Shown: piece by piece, positions 21,598 through 32,886 of the stretch
How positions within the stretch are numbered: position 1 is the stretch's first letter
How the letters are laid out: every line of letters begins with the position of its first letter
DNA from: Perkinsela sp. CCAP 1560/9
Taxonomy: Eukaryota > Protista > Euglenozoa: Kinetoplastea
Direction: 5' to 3'
NCBI GenBank assembly: GCA_965644495.1
Contig: CBFFSA010000001.1
Location: 1,178,001 to 1,242,000 of the forward strand
Length of the DNA stretch: 64,000 nucleotides
Made by a program: the position numbers and the translations under genes
The notes under the pieces: generated by a model
Seen by the model: the letters and a program-made list of their open reading frames with translations, nothing else
Database searches by the model: none
What the model was told of the DNA's origin: nothing

Positions 21598-22848
21598 ATG
21601 AGCGTCTCGTCCGCTATTGCTTCCCTTGGACGTACACACACGGCCTTGGGCTTGTCCGGTGATCTCACTCCCCGCATTTTCGACATTCGTCCCGGCAGAC
21701 CCTTAGACGAACCCTTTTTGTCCGTGCTCCGTGAGGAGGCCCCTCACCTACAAAGCAGTGTCCTCGCAGCGGGGGAGGTTTCACGTGTCAATAACTCATC
21801 CAGCAAGTCTCATCAAGACAATGTCCCTCAAGTCCCCGCTCGTGTGGCACTTTGTGAGTCATTTTACCCTACAGAAAAGAGCACGCTGTCCCTCTCGGTA
21901 CGCAGAGAAAATATCTTAGAAGAGCTTATGGAGGGGTATGTCCCGTTTCTTGATGCTGTATTACGTTCCTCCAACGAGGCCTCACCCCCCGGAGTTCTTT
22001 TGTGTAACGCAGCAACAATGTCTCTTTTTGCCGTAGGACTTGAGTCGGGTATTGTAGTGGATCTGGGACACACGCAAAGTACAGTATGTGCCGTTCGCCA
22101 GGGCGTACCATCGACAAAGACATGGGGGTCTTGTCCCGTGACTGGACTAGAGCTTTCAGAGGCTCTCTGTGAATTTAACGGCACAAAACAAGGCAAGTTG
22201 AACAAAGAGATGGATAATGAAAAAGCTGACATGTTGTCCAAGAAAGGACTCCAAGCAGACCCTTATCACGAATTTCGTGAGAATTACCACTACATGAAGA
22301 CCAAGTTGCGGATAACCCCACTGGATCACTCGGTTTGCCAAATAAAAATACCGAAGCAAGCGCTGTCCCTTACAAGCGTCCTACCCGATGGCGCTGAGAT
22401 AAATATCCCTGTCAAAGAGACCTCTGTCTCAGAAGTTGCCTTGTCAGATACGTTTTCAAACGTAGACGAAAAATGGAAAAAAGCACTTCCCGAGCTGTAT
22501 TTTGACCTAAATCGGGTACCAGGAAGAAACTACAGTGCAGGGCAACGTTTAACCGATGTGATCCACAATGTAGCTCGCTCTCTCGATTGCGATGGATACA
22601 GCGACCTTGTGCTCACGGGAGGGTGTGCAAGTATCCCTCACATGTACGAGCGTGTCCTTCAAGAGTGTATGCTACGTAATGTGTCCGTTTCCTTCCCGAG
22701 CCATTTGTGCCGGCTACCTGTTGGAAATCAGCTGCTTCCTTTTGTGGGACTCTCTATTGTGAGTTCACACGCGATTCCCAGTCTCTACATCACACCCGCA
22801 GAGTACGCGGAGCACGGTCCCTCTCTAGTACACTCACGTTGTGTATAA
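21598..22848 (+). CDS. Divergent actin-related protein
   Basis: SLFAVGLESGIVVDLG, LPDG, LVLTGG and YITPAEYAEHGPSLVH motifs. Confidence 0.85.
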   Translation: MSVSSAIASLGRTHTALGLSGDLTPRIFDIRPGRPLDEPFLSVLREEAPHLQSSVLAAGEVSRVNNSSSKSHQDNVPQVPARVALCESFYPTEKSTLSLSVRRENILEELMEGYVPFLDAVLRSSNEASPPGVLLCNAATMSLFAVGLESGIVVDLGHTQSTVCAVRQGVPSTKTWGSCPVTGLELSEALCEFNGTKQGKLNKEMDNEKADMLSKKGLQADPYHEFRENYHYMKTKLRITPLDHSVCQIKIPKQALSLTSVLPDGAEINIPVKETSVSEVALSDTFSNVDEKWKKALPELYFDLNRVPGRNYSAGQRLTDVIHNVARSLDCDGYSDLVLTGGCASIPHMYERVLQECMLRNVSVSFPSHLCRLPVGNQLLPFVGLSIVSSHAIPSLYITPAEYAEHGPSLVHSRCV

Positions 22849-23340
22849 CTTCACGCAAGGGAAAACCACTATATAACTTTTCTAGATACAAAATATCGAT
22901 ACTTCGCAGTTTCATACATATCGATATGAGAAAAGTTCTCGGTCTATCGTATGCTGTCAATCTTCATCATTCGTTCCTGCTATACAGACTCGAGTATACG
23001 ACTCGAAGTCGAAGGAATGCAGCTGTGCTAAACTACCTCCACTTTGAAATAAATTCTCGATCGGCAGATATCAGAACATTGTGGTCAGGTGGAGCGATAA
23101 TCCACTCAGGGGAAATCCAGACAAGACATTAATCTCATAAAATATGTGAAGATTTATCTGATATCTGAGTGTCAAGGACGGGTTAGTTCAAGTGATGCGT
23201 TTGGTTCAGAAAGAGTCATCAGGTATTCGTGCGCGCATGGGATACACCATAGTTACCGTGGTGAATCTACCATTGCTCAGGCTTGTCAGATAGCCGATCG
23301 AGTGCCTTATACAGCACATCACACTCAATTCAAAAAAAAT

Positions 23341-23872
23341 GCATTACCCCCCAGTAACAGTGATTAGTCTCTTTTTCGGCTGACCCCCAGTATGAGAGAT
23401 TTGACTCAGGAGGCTGGCTGGCTGGGCAGGCTGAGAGAACAGGGGTGGTTGGATGGGTGAGGATGGCCGGGAGGGGTGTGGGTGGTTTGTCGGGCGGGGA
23501 TAGCTGAGCTTGAAATGGATCGGCTAGGCAGAAAATCAATGCACTCATGCGCAAAAGATGTCATAAACAGGGTGACAAACCGAGTTCTGCAGGCCTTGTG
23601 GTCGTCCGGACACCCTTGGGTGCCCGGATCCCTGAGACCGTTGGGCATAGAAAAGAGAAACCACATAAAACATGGAAACAAATCATGTGGCGCATTTTCA
23701 AAAACTTACAGTTCGTTTTCGAAAAGTTGCTTACAATTGCATAGTCTGGACAAAAGTCCACGCCGGGATCAATGTTCCAGGTTTTCCATCCCCAGTGAGA
23801 AGCACTCCCCCTCAGGAAGAGAAATTCAACCATTTTGGTCCAAAACCTATTCTCTTACTATGGGGTCTACGG
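23341..23872 (-). mobile_element. MITE related to 42004-42300 (CCGTA-type TIR, TA target)
   Basis: The reverse complement shares three blocks with 42004-42300: the terminus CCGTAGACCCC...GAATAGGTTTTGGACCA, CATGAGTGC(A/G)TTGATTTTCTG, and CCTCC(T/C)GAG(T/A)CAAATC...CTGGGGGGT. Confidence 0.65.
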
Positions 23873-23899
23873 TAGGTCTTGTATATCATTTTCCCTCAA

Positions 23900-25040
23900 C
23901 AATTCAACACATTCACACACTCAACATGTTTTCTAAAACGAACTTAAAACTTTACCACGAAACAACCTACACTACATCCCCCAAAACCATTCCTTTTCCC
24001 CTCCTCCTCCCCCTCCCATGCTCCATCCCTCCCCCCTCCCCCGCGCCCACCCCTGCCACCACAAAGCCACCGCCTCCCGCGGCATGTGGTGGCGCCCCAC
24101 CCACGCCAAGTACCGCAGCCTCGAGCGTTTCGTCCGCGACGCCGCGGGGTACTCCAAATACGAACAAAAGCCCAGCGCCCGTCCCGCGCCCCAGACCGTG
24201 CGGTTCAACCCCGAGAGCGTGTTGCACACCAAGGCCCAGACCGGGGAGGGGATGAAGTGGTGGCACCACCAGCGTCTGCTGCTCCCCGACCTCCCCCCCG
24301 AGGGGTGGGCCCCCGCGACGCCCCGGGGCCGGGCCGCGTGGCCGCGCGCCTGGGAGGAGACCCACGCGCGACGGGTCCTGCAAATCCCGCGGGGAGAGAT
24401 TCGGCCCTACTTGTTACGCCAACTGCAGCGTATTCTCCATGAGGAGATTGTAAAGGATGGGTACGACATGCGGGAGGTGGATTACGAGGGTAAACCCCTG
24501 ACGGAGCTCCCTGAGATGGCCGTGGTGGAGAGTTTTGTGTTACAGGAGCCCACGTTGCGGGATAGGGTGCTGCGGCGTGTGTTAGAGGAGGATCTCCGGC
24601 TGCCGGTGTCCTCGGTGGATCGGAAGGCGATTCGTTCCACCGCGACACTGATTAAGCATGTGGAGAGTGTGCTGGAGGCGTTTCGTGAACCGGAGAATCT
24701 GATGGTTCCCCAGGCGGTGGAAGAGTTTATTGCTAACTATCCCGTACAGCCCAAGTTTGGGTTTCAGTTTGCACTCCCGCAGCCGACCCGGGGGAAACTG
24801 GAACAGGAATGGGAAAAGTTGTTTTTACATGACTGGCAGTTTGGTCGTGCAGTGTATACGCCGCGTTCGAAGGAGAGTACACGGGGGAATTTGGTGTGGC
24901 TACGGCTCTCACAGGAGTGGAAGGAGCGGAAGAAACATCACGAGAGGTATCAGTTGGGGAAGTTGTGAGAAAAAGAGTCGGATGAAGGGAAAGAAGTGTA
25001 GATAGGTGATAGGGGTTCGGGTCGGTTTTCAAGTTTTAGG
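23900..25040. other. Strand-skew flip island (switch ~24300)
   Basis: A/C-rich 23900-24230 and G/T-rich 24300-25040. Confidence 0.85.
24018..24968 (+). CDS. Hypothetical protein, probably mitochondrial
   Basis: 316-aa ORF in the polycistron direction with a basic presequence-like N-terminus. No confident family. Confidence 0.75.
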   Translation: MLHPSPLPRAHPCHHKATASRGMWWRPTHAKYRSLERFVRDAAGYSKYEQKPSARPAPQTVRFNPESVLHTKAQTGEGMKWWHHQRLLLPDLPPEGWAPATPRGRAAWPRAWEETHARRVLQIPRGEIRPYLLRQLQRILHEEIVKDGYDMREVDYEGKPLTELPEMAVVESFVLQEPTLRDRVLRRVLEEDLRLPVSSVDRKAIRSTATLIKHVESVLEAFREPENLMVPQAVEEFIANYPVQPKFGFQFALPQPTRGKLEQEWEKLFLHDWQFGRAVYTPRSKESTRGNLVWLRLSQEWKERKKHHERYQLGKL

Positions 25041-25200
25041 TATTGATGGTTTTCACCCGAATGCTGTAAATACGTATCACTTGATCATTGCGTAGTTATT
25101 CGGCATCTTACTGTTGCATCAATTTGCTTTCATAATTTGCTTTCCTAGAGTTATTCTATTTTAAAAAGAATGAACGTCCGAAATTCAACGTTGTCTAGAA

Positions 25201-26325
25201 ATGCTTCGCTTTACTTCGTTTTTTAACTGGTCCCTATTCTTTCGAACCCTTGTTCCTTACACTATTGCCTTGCTTTTCTTGTGTTCATTTCTTTTGCGCT
25301 GGTACTATGCAACTAGAACAGCTTATCACGTAAATGACTCGATTCTAGAAGACCATGGCGGGAAGGCGGTGTTTCCCCATCCCCCGCTACGCGTTCTCTT
25401 TATTTTCTCTCATCCCGATGACGAGGCCATGTTCATGACACCTACACTCTATGATTTGCGCCAAAAGAACGCAGAAATTTATTGGATATGTCTCTCTAAA
25501 GGTAACAGTGGGGGACTCGGTAATGTTCGAAGGAACGAGCTTTTCGCTTCAGCGGTCCAGTTTGATGTTCCAAAGAGTCGAGTATACCTAGTCGATGACG
25601 ACCGCTTACCTGATGGCATGACAACCACATGGCCACCATCGATTGTGGCTTTTCATATCAATGAGGCTTTGATTAAATGGGGATTTCTCGATAACAGGGC
25701 CACTTCAATATTTACAAAATGGGGACGTTTTTCTCCATTTTTCTCCAAGAAAAGAAGAAGTAAGCTAAAGATTGCGCAAAAGCTTCATGCAATGTTTACA
25801 TTCGATGATTTTGGCGTTTCGGGTCACCGAAACCATATTGATACTCACAAAGGGGTAGTTCACTGGTGGAGGCAATATGGCTCGAGTGTTCAGTTAAGTC
25901 AATCGTCGGTTCAGCCAACGTCTATATTTTTATTGCGCACGAATTCAGTCCTTCCAAAATACAGTGGATGGCTTTGGACGCATCTAATTTTACGTTGCAG
26001 TAATCATTTTCGAAGCATATTCCACACCAGTGGAACTAGTCTACTTCACGTTCTTTACAAGCTTTGGGGTAGTCGCAGGGTTCAACGCAGTACTTCTAGA
26101 AACCTGGAGGCTTCAAGGGACGGACCTAAATTGCCTACAGTGTGTTTCATATGTCGAAATCCTGTTGAACTGCTTTGTAACCCTCGAAATTTCCTTTTGC
26201 CAATGAAAATGCACGGCTCTCAATTTTATCTATTTAGGTACTTTTTTGTCCTATTTTCGTCATATTCATTAGAGAATGCGTGGGATATCTATGTTCCCAC
26301 ATTAAAAAAAGATGTGGAATGTTAG
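25201..26325 (+). CDS. PIGL: GlcNAc-PI de-N-acetylase (PIG-L/GPI12)
   Basis: N-terminal TM segment. FSHPDDEAMF, CLSKGNSGGLG..R..EL and TFDDFGVSGHRNH motifs. Confidence 0.93.
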   Translation: MLRFTSFFNWSLFFRTLVPYTIALLFLCSFLLRWYYATRTAYHVNDSILEDHGGKAVFPHPPLRVLFIFSHPDDEAMFMTPTLYDLRQKNAEIYWICLSKGNSGGLGNVRRNELFASAVQFDVPKSRVYLVDDDRLPDGMTTTWPPSIVAFHINEALIKWGFLDNRATSIFTKWGRFSPFFSKKRRSKLKIAQKLHAMFTFDDFGVSGHRNHIDTHKGVVHWWRQYGSSVQLSQSSVQPTSIFLLRTNSVLPKYSGWLWTHLILRCSNHFRSIFHTSGTSLLHVLYKLWGSRRVQRSTSRNLEASRDGPKLPTVCFICRNPVELLCNPRNFLLPMKMHGSQFYLFRYFFVLFSSYSLENAWDIYVPTLKKDVEC

Positions 26326-26460
26326 GAAGTTGTCAATAGTTGCTTTCGTAGAAACTGCGCTTGACACGTAAATTAGTTTTTCTTGCGCATACCTTTTGTT
26401 CATACAAATGTGCACGACCTCCAAGACCGTCCTTAATTTCACTTCTTAACCTTTTTGTAA

Positions 26461-27192
26461 ATGACTTGTTTCGCTACTTCAGACTCTGTTGTTCCGCACA
26501 AGTTGCACCATACCATCCTTCCTCCAGTATATGCTCTTGCCCTCTTTTTGGAAAATATCACTCACCAGGAACCTTCGTGGAGTGATCGAGTTAGCATTTC
26601 GGATTGGCACGGTGTAACTTGTGACTCCAACGGAGAAGTCACCTCCCTGGGCTGGTCTAACCTCTCTCTCCGTGGCACTCCCGGCTGGAAACACTTGCCC
26701 CACACTTTACTCAGCATTAACCTTGGAAATATTGCCCAGAGAAATGTAAATATCATACAAGGCTCTTTAGAAGTGGTCTCCTTGCCACGAAATCTTCGGT
26801 ATTTGGACGTGCGGCGTAATGAGATGGGAGGCGCTCTTGCACTTTCTCTACTTCCCCCGCTTTTAGAAGGTTTCTTTGCGTCCTATAACCACTTTTATGG
26901 TGTACTAAAATCATCTTTTCTTCCTTCGACACTGGTTTCCTTGGACTTGTCTTACAATAATTTTGAAGGTGTATTAAGCCTCGAGGAAATGCAACAAAGT
27001 ACTGCTGTGATTCACTTGTATGGAAACAATCTTACGCCAAATTCATGGGAAAATATTCCGGCAACCGTTCTGTTCGTTGAGGAATATACTGATGTGGAAA
27101 TGATCGAACAACTTTATAATGCAACACTCAATGAACCTCTTCCAGACGTGCTACCCGGTTTGGAGGAACTGGATTTGCCAGATTTTTTATAA
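26461..27192 (+). CDS. LRR family protein with an acidic C-terminal tail
   Basis: Cap DWHGVTC, LRGTPGWKHLP, and LRR repeats. Confidence 0.88.
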   Translation: MTCFATSDSVVPHKLHHTILPPVYALALFLENITHQEPSWSDRVSISDWHGVTCDSNGEVTSLGWSNLSLRGTPGWKHLPHTLLSINLGNIAQRNVNIIQGSLEVVSLPRNLRYLDVRRNEMGGALALSLLPPLLEGFFASYNHFYGVLKSSFLPSTLVSLDLSYNNFEGVLSLEEMQQSTAVIHLYGNNLTPNSWENIPATVLFVEEYTDVEMIEQLYNATLNEPLPDVLPGLEELDLPDFL

Positions 27193-27502
27193 CTGGGGGT
27201 CTATTTTTTACTGTCTCCTTCCATATGATACCCATTTACTTTCTGTCACCCCCCACGTTTCCTTTTGTTCCAAGGGAAATGATCTTAATTCAGATATGAA
27301 ACTAAGGGATTTTTTTCAGAGACAGCGCTTCGTTTCCTGTTTTTTTACTGCTCTCCGAAGGAGGAACTTTATTATCGAGCCTTCTTTTTGCAAATTAAGA
27401 TTTCTAGAGATTGATGACCTGGTTTTTGCAAAAGAAAGGATTCCATGATTATTGAACGTCAAAGACGAATATCCGAGGAAGTGTATCCGAAAAAGGTTTC
27501 CA

Positions 27503-29497
27503 ATGTATGTCAGGCTGCTCTATTTTGGCTTTTTGACTTTGTGTGATAGTGTAACTGACCCTCTACATAAGAATCATAATGATCTTTCGAACTTTAGTTA
27601 TCCTACTCCAAGGAACTGCTTTGCATGCGAAACAATACATGTGCGACATAGCATATTAGGTGATTCTCATATTTCCGGGTCAGTGTCGATCACTCTCAAC
27701 ACGAGTTCTATTCATGGAGCACGCCCATCAACTTCACCTTCCCATGAGCACCTTCTGCTCCCATACAAGTTACGGCAATGGATACGATTTTTACAATCTC
27801 AGGACGGGCCGTGTAATGGAATTTCTATCTCCAATTCTCATACAGAGTCTATTTGCAGCGGACATGTAATGTGGTCTAGAGGTCGATGGCTTTCTAAATG
27901 GAATCTCTTGCGTTCTATAGGAAATTGCACCAAACGATTTGCAAGACAATTGCGCTATCCAAGTGGCGTCTCTTTATTTTTATGCCAACTGGTACCAGTG
28001 GAGGATCTTGATGACTCTCACAAGCCGTATAATTTTGAACATTTTTGGGACGAAACTACCCGCTATATCGGCAATCTCTTCTCTACGAATTTGTTTCACT
28101 TAGCACCCGAAAATGAGTTGGCAACACGCGAATCATTTTTTGGTGCCACAGTAGACTCAGAAAACCAGTTTTTTGGCTCCATCAATGACAAAAAAGGTCT
28201 TTTCAGATCAAGGTTTGGTACACTTCCTTACGAAGATGTCTGCCTTGAGAGTCTTCTCCGATGGGCCGAAACGTTGCCTTGTCGTGGTGAATTGGGCGTA
28301 GCATCTCCGGGGCTTGCGAAAAACGCACTTATTTCTTCTTCGTATCACGCTTTCGGACTTCGTTTCTCCTTGCTAACGGATCACACACTAGCTGTTAAAT
28401 GGGAATTCGAATTTATGACTACAAATGCAGATGTAATACGCAAATTAAATGTAGATAGACAACATTCCGGAAACAAAGCATTAGATTTTCCACGTTCGTT
28501 TGCTCCTTACGATTCGCTTAGGCTAACTCCTTGCCCAATCTGCGATAAGTCCTTAGTTCTACGCGATTATCCCGATATTGGGCATTATGAATCTCACATG
28601 GATGATGGCTCCAGTTCGTCTGCACAGATCATCAACTCTCCTATCAATTTTATCGTTGATCACCGAGTCAACTTGTCTCTGCCAATAAAAGCAGAAAATC
28701 TTTCAGAAATTTACGATATGAGTACCAACTTAAATAGTGAATGGGAAATAGTCAGTTGTGTCCTTGGCAATGCTTTAGAAGGCTACCAAATTCAAGTTCG
28801 AGTTCAGTTTCCACAGTGGTTCAGAGAGAAATTAGAGGATGACATTTGCGACATGTTGCGACTTCTTTTGCTTGTTCCAGATGCTCTTTTGCGCTCATTC
28901 ACGCACACAGCACAATGTGGTATCATAGCGTCCCAACAGCGATCTGTGTCCTGCGAAGTAGAAGATATCTCAGAGCACACCGATAAATCTGAGGACGCTA
29001 CTGAAAATGAGTATTCCTGCATCTTGAAGTTCTCGTCTGGAACATTGGGATCAGTAAATTTTGAAACTGCTTTCCGTAAAGCGTCGCGTACCCGAATGAA
29101 GAATGATTCCTTGCATGATCAAAATTTTTGGGTGAAAAATATTAGTACTAATGGTTCTGCACCCTACGGTTTTTATGTGAACTTTCAGGCTTCATCTGTT
29201 TTTCTTTCCTCAAGCGAGTACCCACCTGACGCCGAACGTATCCATCTCATTCCTTCACCCATACTACTATTACAGAAACAAATTAGTGTTATGGATACGA
29301 ATCTCACACGCAAGGACACGGAAAGATTATTCTCTGAAAGGTATGAGACACCGCAGATTGTACAGGTAGGAGTTCCTTTGTCAATGTCCTGTCCAACTCC
29401 TGATTTCGGAATTGCTCAATTGGTTGTGTTACTCACTGGCACGGTTGTTGCACTTGGCTACAATTTAATATTTAAAGTGATTGTGGGTACAGAATAA
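27503..29497 (+). CDS. PIGT: GPI transamidase subunit PIG-T/GPI16
   Basis: Signal-like N-terminus. LPYEDVCLESL..W...LPC, EYPPDAER and PTPDF motifs followed by a C-terminal TM helix. Confidence 0.88.
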   Translation: MYVRLLYFGFLTLCDSVTDPLHKNHNDLSNFSYPTPRNCFACETIHVRHSILGDSHISGSVSITLNTSSIHGARPSTSPSHEHLLLPYKLRQWIRFLQSQDGPCNGISISNSHTESICSGHVMWSRGRWLSKWNLLRSIGNCTKRFARQLRYPSGVSLFLCQLVPVEDLDDSHKPYNFEHFWDETTRYIGNLFSTNLFHLAPENELATRESFFGATVDSENQFFGSINDKKGLFRSRFGTLPYEDVCLESLLRWAETLPCRGELGVASPGLAKNALISSSYHAFGLRFSLLTDHTLAVKWEFEFMTTNADVIRKLNVDRQHSGNKALDFPRSFAPYDSLRLTPCPICDKSLVLRDYPDIGHYESHMDDGSSSSAQIINSPINFIVDHRVNLSLPIKAENLSEIYDMSTNLNSEWEIVSCVLGNALEGYQIQVRVQFPQWFREKLEDDICDMLRLLLLVPDALLRSFTHTAQCGIIASQQRSVSCEVEDISEHTDKSEDATENEYSCILKFSSGTLGSVNFETAFRKASRTRMKNDSLHDQNFWVKNISTNGSAPYGFYVNFQASSVFLSSSEYPPDAERIHLIPSPILLLQKQISVMDTNLTRKDTERLFSERYETPQIVQVGVPLSMSCPTPDFGIAQLVVLLTGTVVALGYNLIFKVIVGTE

Positions 29498-29622
29498 TTA
29501 GTTTACTTTCTTTGGCGTCTTTACATCGTATAATTTGTCGCTTATTCATCACGGGTACGGAAGGAAAGTATGACAAAACAGGAAAGAAACAAGCCATTCG
29601 TTACTTTTTTCTTTTTTTTTTC

Positions 29623-30456
29623 ATGGATTCCGAAATAGATCGTCTGCTTCGACTGATGCATTCTCGCAAACCCCCGAATCGCAAAATCAGCGGGGCAGCT
29701 TGCATTGAGGCAATTCGAAAAAAACACGGTGATCGATTCCCTCACACTACTGATTGGGCATCGGTTTCTGCACAAGCCCAGGAACTTTTGAACTCGCTAG
29801 ACAACGTCGGGGGCGCAACTCAGGTTTCGAGTCAAAAAAACGAACAGCCAATTCGGGTCAAAACACTGCACTCGTCACGTGGGACATCAAAACACTCAGA
29901 TCTAAAAAACAGGAATGTAGCGTCGTCCAGTGAATCTGAAAGTGACTTGGATAGTTCTTCTGTGGAATCCGAGGGCTCACACAGCACCTCGGAAGCCTCC
30001 TCAAATAGTGATAGCGATGATTCCTCCAACAATGGAAGCAATAGTGCCTCCTCTGAGACAGAAAGTGATTTGTCGGATTATCTTAGCACCACTTCGAACG
30101 AAGACCTTCTGCGTCCTCCTGCAGAGCGACAGCAAAAGAAGCAAAAGAAGATGCAGGACACTACTTGTGTTTCAACTGTGGAACTTAATAAATTTCTTAA
30201 GTCACTACACATACAATGTCCTCCGTACACAGAGGACGACACAGAGTTTCGTAGGCAACTCTTAGCCGTGTTTAAAAAACATGGTCTTGATCCAAACGAT
30301 CTGTCCAAGCGCGCACGGATGCGATACGAAGCTAAGAAAGATTTGGAAATACTAAAGCAAGGGTGCGATATGAACTTGGATAGGAGACAGCGGAAAGGTC
30401 GTGCGGAGAGCCTCAACATGACAAAGAAAAACGGGGATGACCTATGTGACGAATGA
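29623..30456 (+). CDS. Ser/acidic-rich hypothetical protein (possible HIRIP3/CHZ-like histone chaperone)
   Basis: ATG follows a poly-T tract. Central S/D/E low-complexity region. C-terminal KKDLEIL...RRQRKGR. The family call is weak. Confidence 0.65.
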   Translation: MDSEIDRLLRLMHSRKPPNRKISGAACIEAIRKKHGDRFPHTTDWASVSAQAQELLNSLDNVGGATQVSSQKNEQPIRVKTLHSSRGTSKHSDLKNRNVASSSESESDLDSSSVESEGSHSTSEASSNSDSDDSSNNGSNSASSETESDLSDYLSTTSNEDLLRPPAERQQKKQKKMQDTTCVSTVELNKFLKSLHIQCPPYTEDDTEFRRQLLAVFKKHGLDPNDLSKRARMRYEAKKDLEILKQGCDMNLDRRQRKGRAESLNMTKKNGDDLCDE

Positions 30457-30904
30457 GTAAGAGCCCATTCTTCGAGTTATTTCACACATTCTGGTTTACG
30501 GCGGCTTCCGTGTAGGACGCCAATGTCAGTAACTAGTACTATCACTCCAAAGATCAATCCTATTTCTCGTTCTTTGTAAGTTTATATGTTTTTCACACGC
30601 CTTTTCTTCACAAGCTTCGAGTTTGGCTGATTTAGCTCATAAATAACCGCCGCATGTTTTTTTTGCTTTTTAGACTGGGCTATGCTTGTCTTTGTTTTAT
30701 TCAATTAGCATCACTGCAGAACATTCGAATCAAAAAGGTGAGTAATGGCGTTCTACTAAAATTTGTTACAATAGAATAATTTCAGTAAGTTCTTAAATTG
30801 CCAGTGTACGCACATGATTTTTGCAGTTCAATAATTTCGCTCCTTTATTTTACATTGTTAGATTACTAGGCTTCAGGTGCGTACAAACGTTCCTACTTAA
30901 TCTC

Positions 30905-31525
30905 ATGCGTTTTTGTACATTTCTCATTTGCGTTTTGCTCCCAGCTGCACTCGTATGCGCTGTCCCCGAGGAGCAAATACGGAAAATGAAAATGAAAGAG
31001 CTTAAATCATTTCTGAGCGATCGCGATGAGAATTGCAATGGTTGTGCAGAAAAATCGGATTGGATTGAGGCTGCCATTCGTGTGAAGGATAAGAAAATTA
31101 GTGCCTCCAAAGCTGCACAAATGGGCTACACCGGATTACTGCCCACCGAGCCTTTGTGGGACGTATGGTCTCAGTTTGCCTCTGAAACGGCGCAGGAAAT
31201 GAATCTTGATGAAAGTAGTATTGCGAAGATAAAGGATGTCGTGAGCGATTGTTTTATGCAACACGGAAGGTCAACCGCTACGAAGCTCAAAAAGACAGCC
31301 AAAGATATTCTAAAAACTTCTCTCAAGTCACCTTACTATACTATCGGTCGCAAGCATCTGCTTGCTCTGGTTAATTTCGTAAGAAACAAAGGCGAGGAGG
31401 TGAAATTGAATGAAATGCGGACAAGGTACGAAAAGATATTTACTCCCTGGATGACGAATGTCGGCATAGAAAACACGAATCCTATGTACGAATGGATGAA
31501 ATCCCCAGAGCACGATGAACTCTGA
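30905..31525 (+). CDS. ER-luminal ARMET/MANF-like protein
   Basis: Signal peptide, SAP-like KMKELKSFL...CNGCAEKSDWI motif, and C-terminal HDEL. Confidence 0.85.
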   Translation: MRFCTFLICVLLPAALVCAVPEEQIRKMKMKELKSFLSDRDENCNGCAEKSDWIEAAIRVKDKKISASKAAQMGYTGLLPTEPLWDVWSQFASETAQEMNLDESSIAKIKDVVSDCFMQHGRSTATKLKKTAKDILKTSLKSPYYTIGRKHLLALVNFVRNKGEEVKLNEMRTRYEKIFTPWMTNVGIENTNPMYEWMKSPEHDEL

Positions 31526-31949
31526 TTTGATTCCTCAATGTTTACACGCTTGTGATTTCCGGAATTTGTAAAACATCGAGGCTGGGGTATCTGCAACTGT
31601 AGAGTGTTATAGTTAACAATCTCTTGTTCAAAATTTCTTAATTCCTTGTTTGCTTGGTGCCCAAAAATTCCTAATTGCTGTATTTGCTCTATTTTCGTTC
31701 CCTGTTCTTGAATAACATTTTAACACATTGTTTTATTGTTTTTTGTTACTACAGAAAACATGTGCTTTTTTGCTCGCTGAATCGCTTAACAAGGAACTCG
31801 TTTTGTGCGTACCTTTTGGTTGTATTCTTTTTAAATGAATGTGTGTCGACCTCGTCTTTTTGTATAATTCTACACATACAAGTCATGTGAAGTATGGTAA
31901 AAATGATTAGTTTTTCTCTTACTAATCTTACACTTCATACATTCCGAAA

Positions 31950-32620
31950 TGGCTGAAGAATATGTTTCCGACTGTTTATTTCTGATAGGTCTTTCGGAGA
32001 ACGAAATTACGCGCACGGTAGCGAAGCGTGTGATTCAAGCAAGAATCGCTTATGCGTCGAATAACTGTAACACAGAGAATGCATCCGAGGTCATTCATTC
32101 AAAGCCTAATCATGCTTCGTGATGTCCTCTTTTTTATGAGCACCACGATGACGGTATGGCATTGCCTTAGTGGTTTACGATCGGAAACGTGGCTAACGAT
32201 GTACTGTGGTCTTTACGACTCCCAACATTGTTTTTGAGCTGAGACTGACAACTCTCCTCTACGGTAATGCTGAGTAACATACGTATTTTTAGTAACATAT
32301 GTACTTTTGTCTCGGATACCTTAGCCTTGGCACACCTTCGCATTATGCACTGACTTTTGCTTAAAATGGTGATTGAATGGCTGAAGAACAACCTGTATAG
32401 CTGAAGAACACAAATTCTTTGTCGCTCAACACCTTGGTAGATTTTGCTTTGACAGAATACGAGAAAATTCATCGCTAGCGGTCGACGTCATAAGACTCTT
32501 TCGGCTCAATTGGACTACACAGGTAATCACGAAGGCAACGGATTTGTAGACTTGTCTGCAAAGAAAAGCGGGATTTCATTGGCAATAGGTTCTAAACGCT
32601 TACACAGACCGCACTGAAAC
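31950..32620 (+). pseudogene. Possible decayed RNase H domain (retroelement relic)
   Basis: Fragments across frames, in order: VY/SDRS, CF*AE, ICTFVSDTLAL, and W..GNHEGNGFVDLSAK. Many stops and frameshifts. Confidence 0.3.
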
Positions 32621-32886
32621 GTCTTGTATTTTGTTATGATTTTGAAGGAAGGCTATTTTTTTTTTGATCCAATCATTCCGCTTCCTCTTGTAAGTGCGTA
32701 AGTAGCGTAAACAGGGTAAGAAGCGTGGAAAGAGCCTAGAAATTTCCTAGAAATACTAGATTTCTAAAAAACTGAAAGTTACTGAGTTACATACTTTATT
32801 ACAAGCACTGGAATTTTGCACGCATATTGCAAATAATGTGACTTGAGATAGCTCCTGTGACAACCAAACATACTTTTTTTTAATAA

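Noticed and set aside
24018-24968. Mitoribosomal mL50 assignment
   Set aside because: It rests on one loosely similar helix pattern; left as hypothetical.
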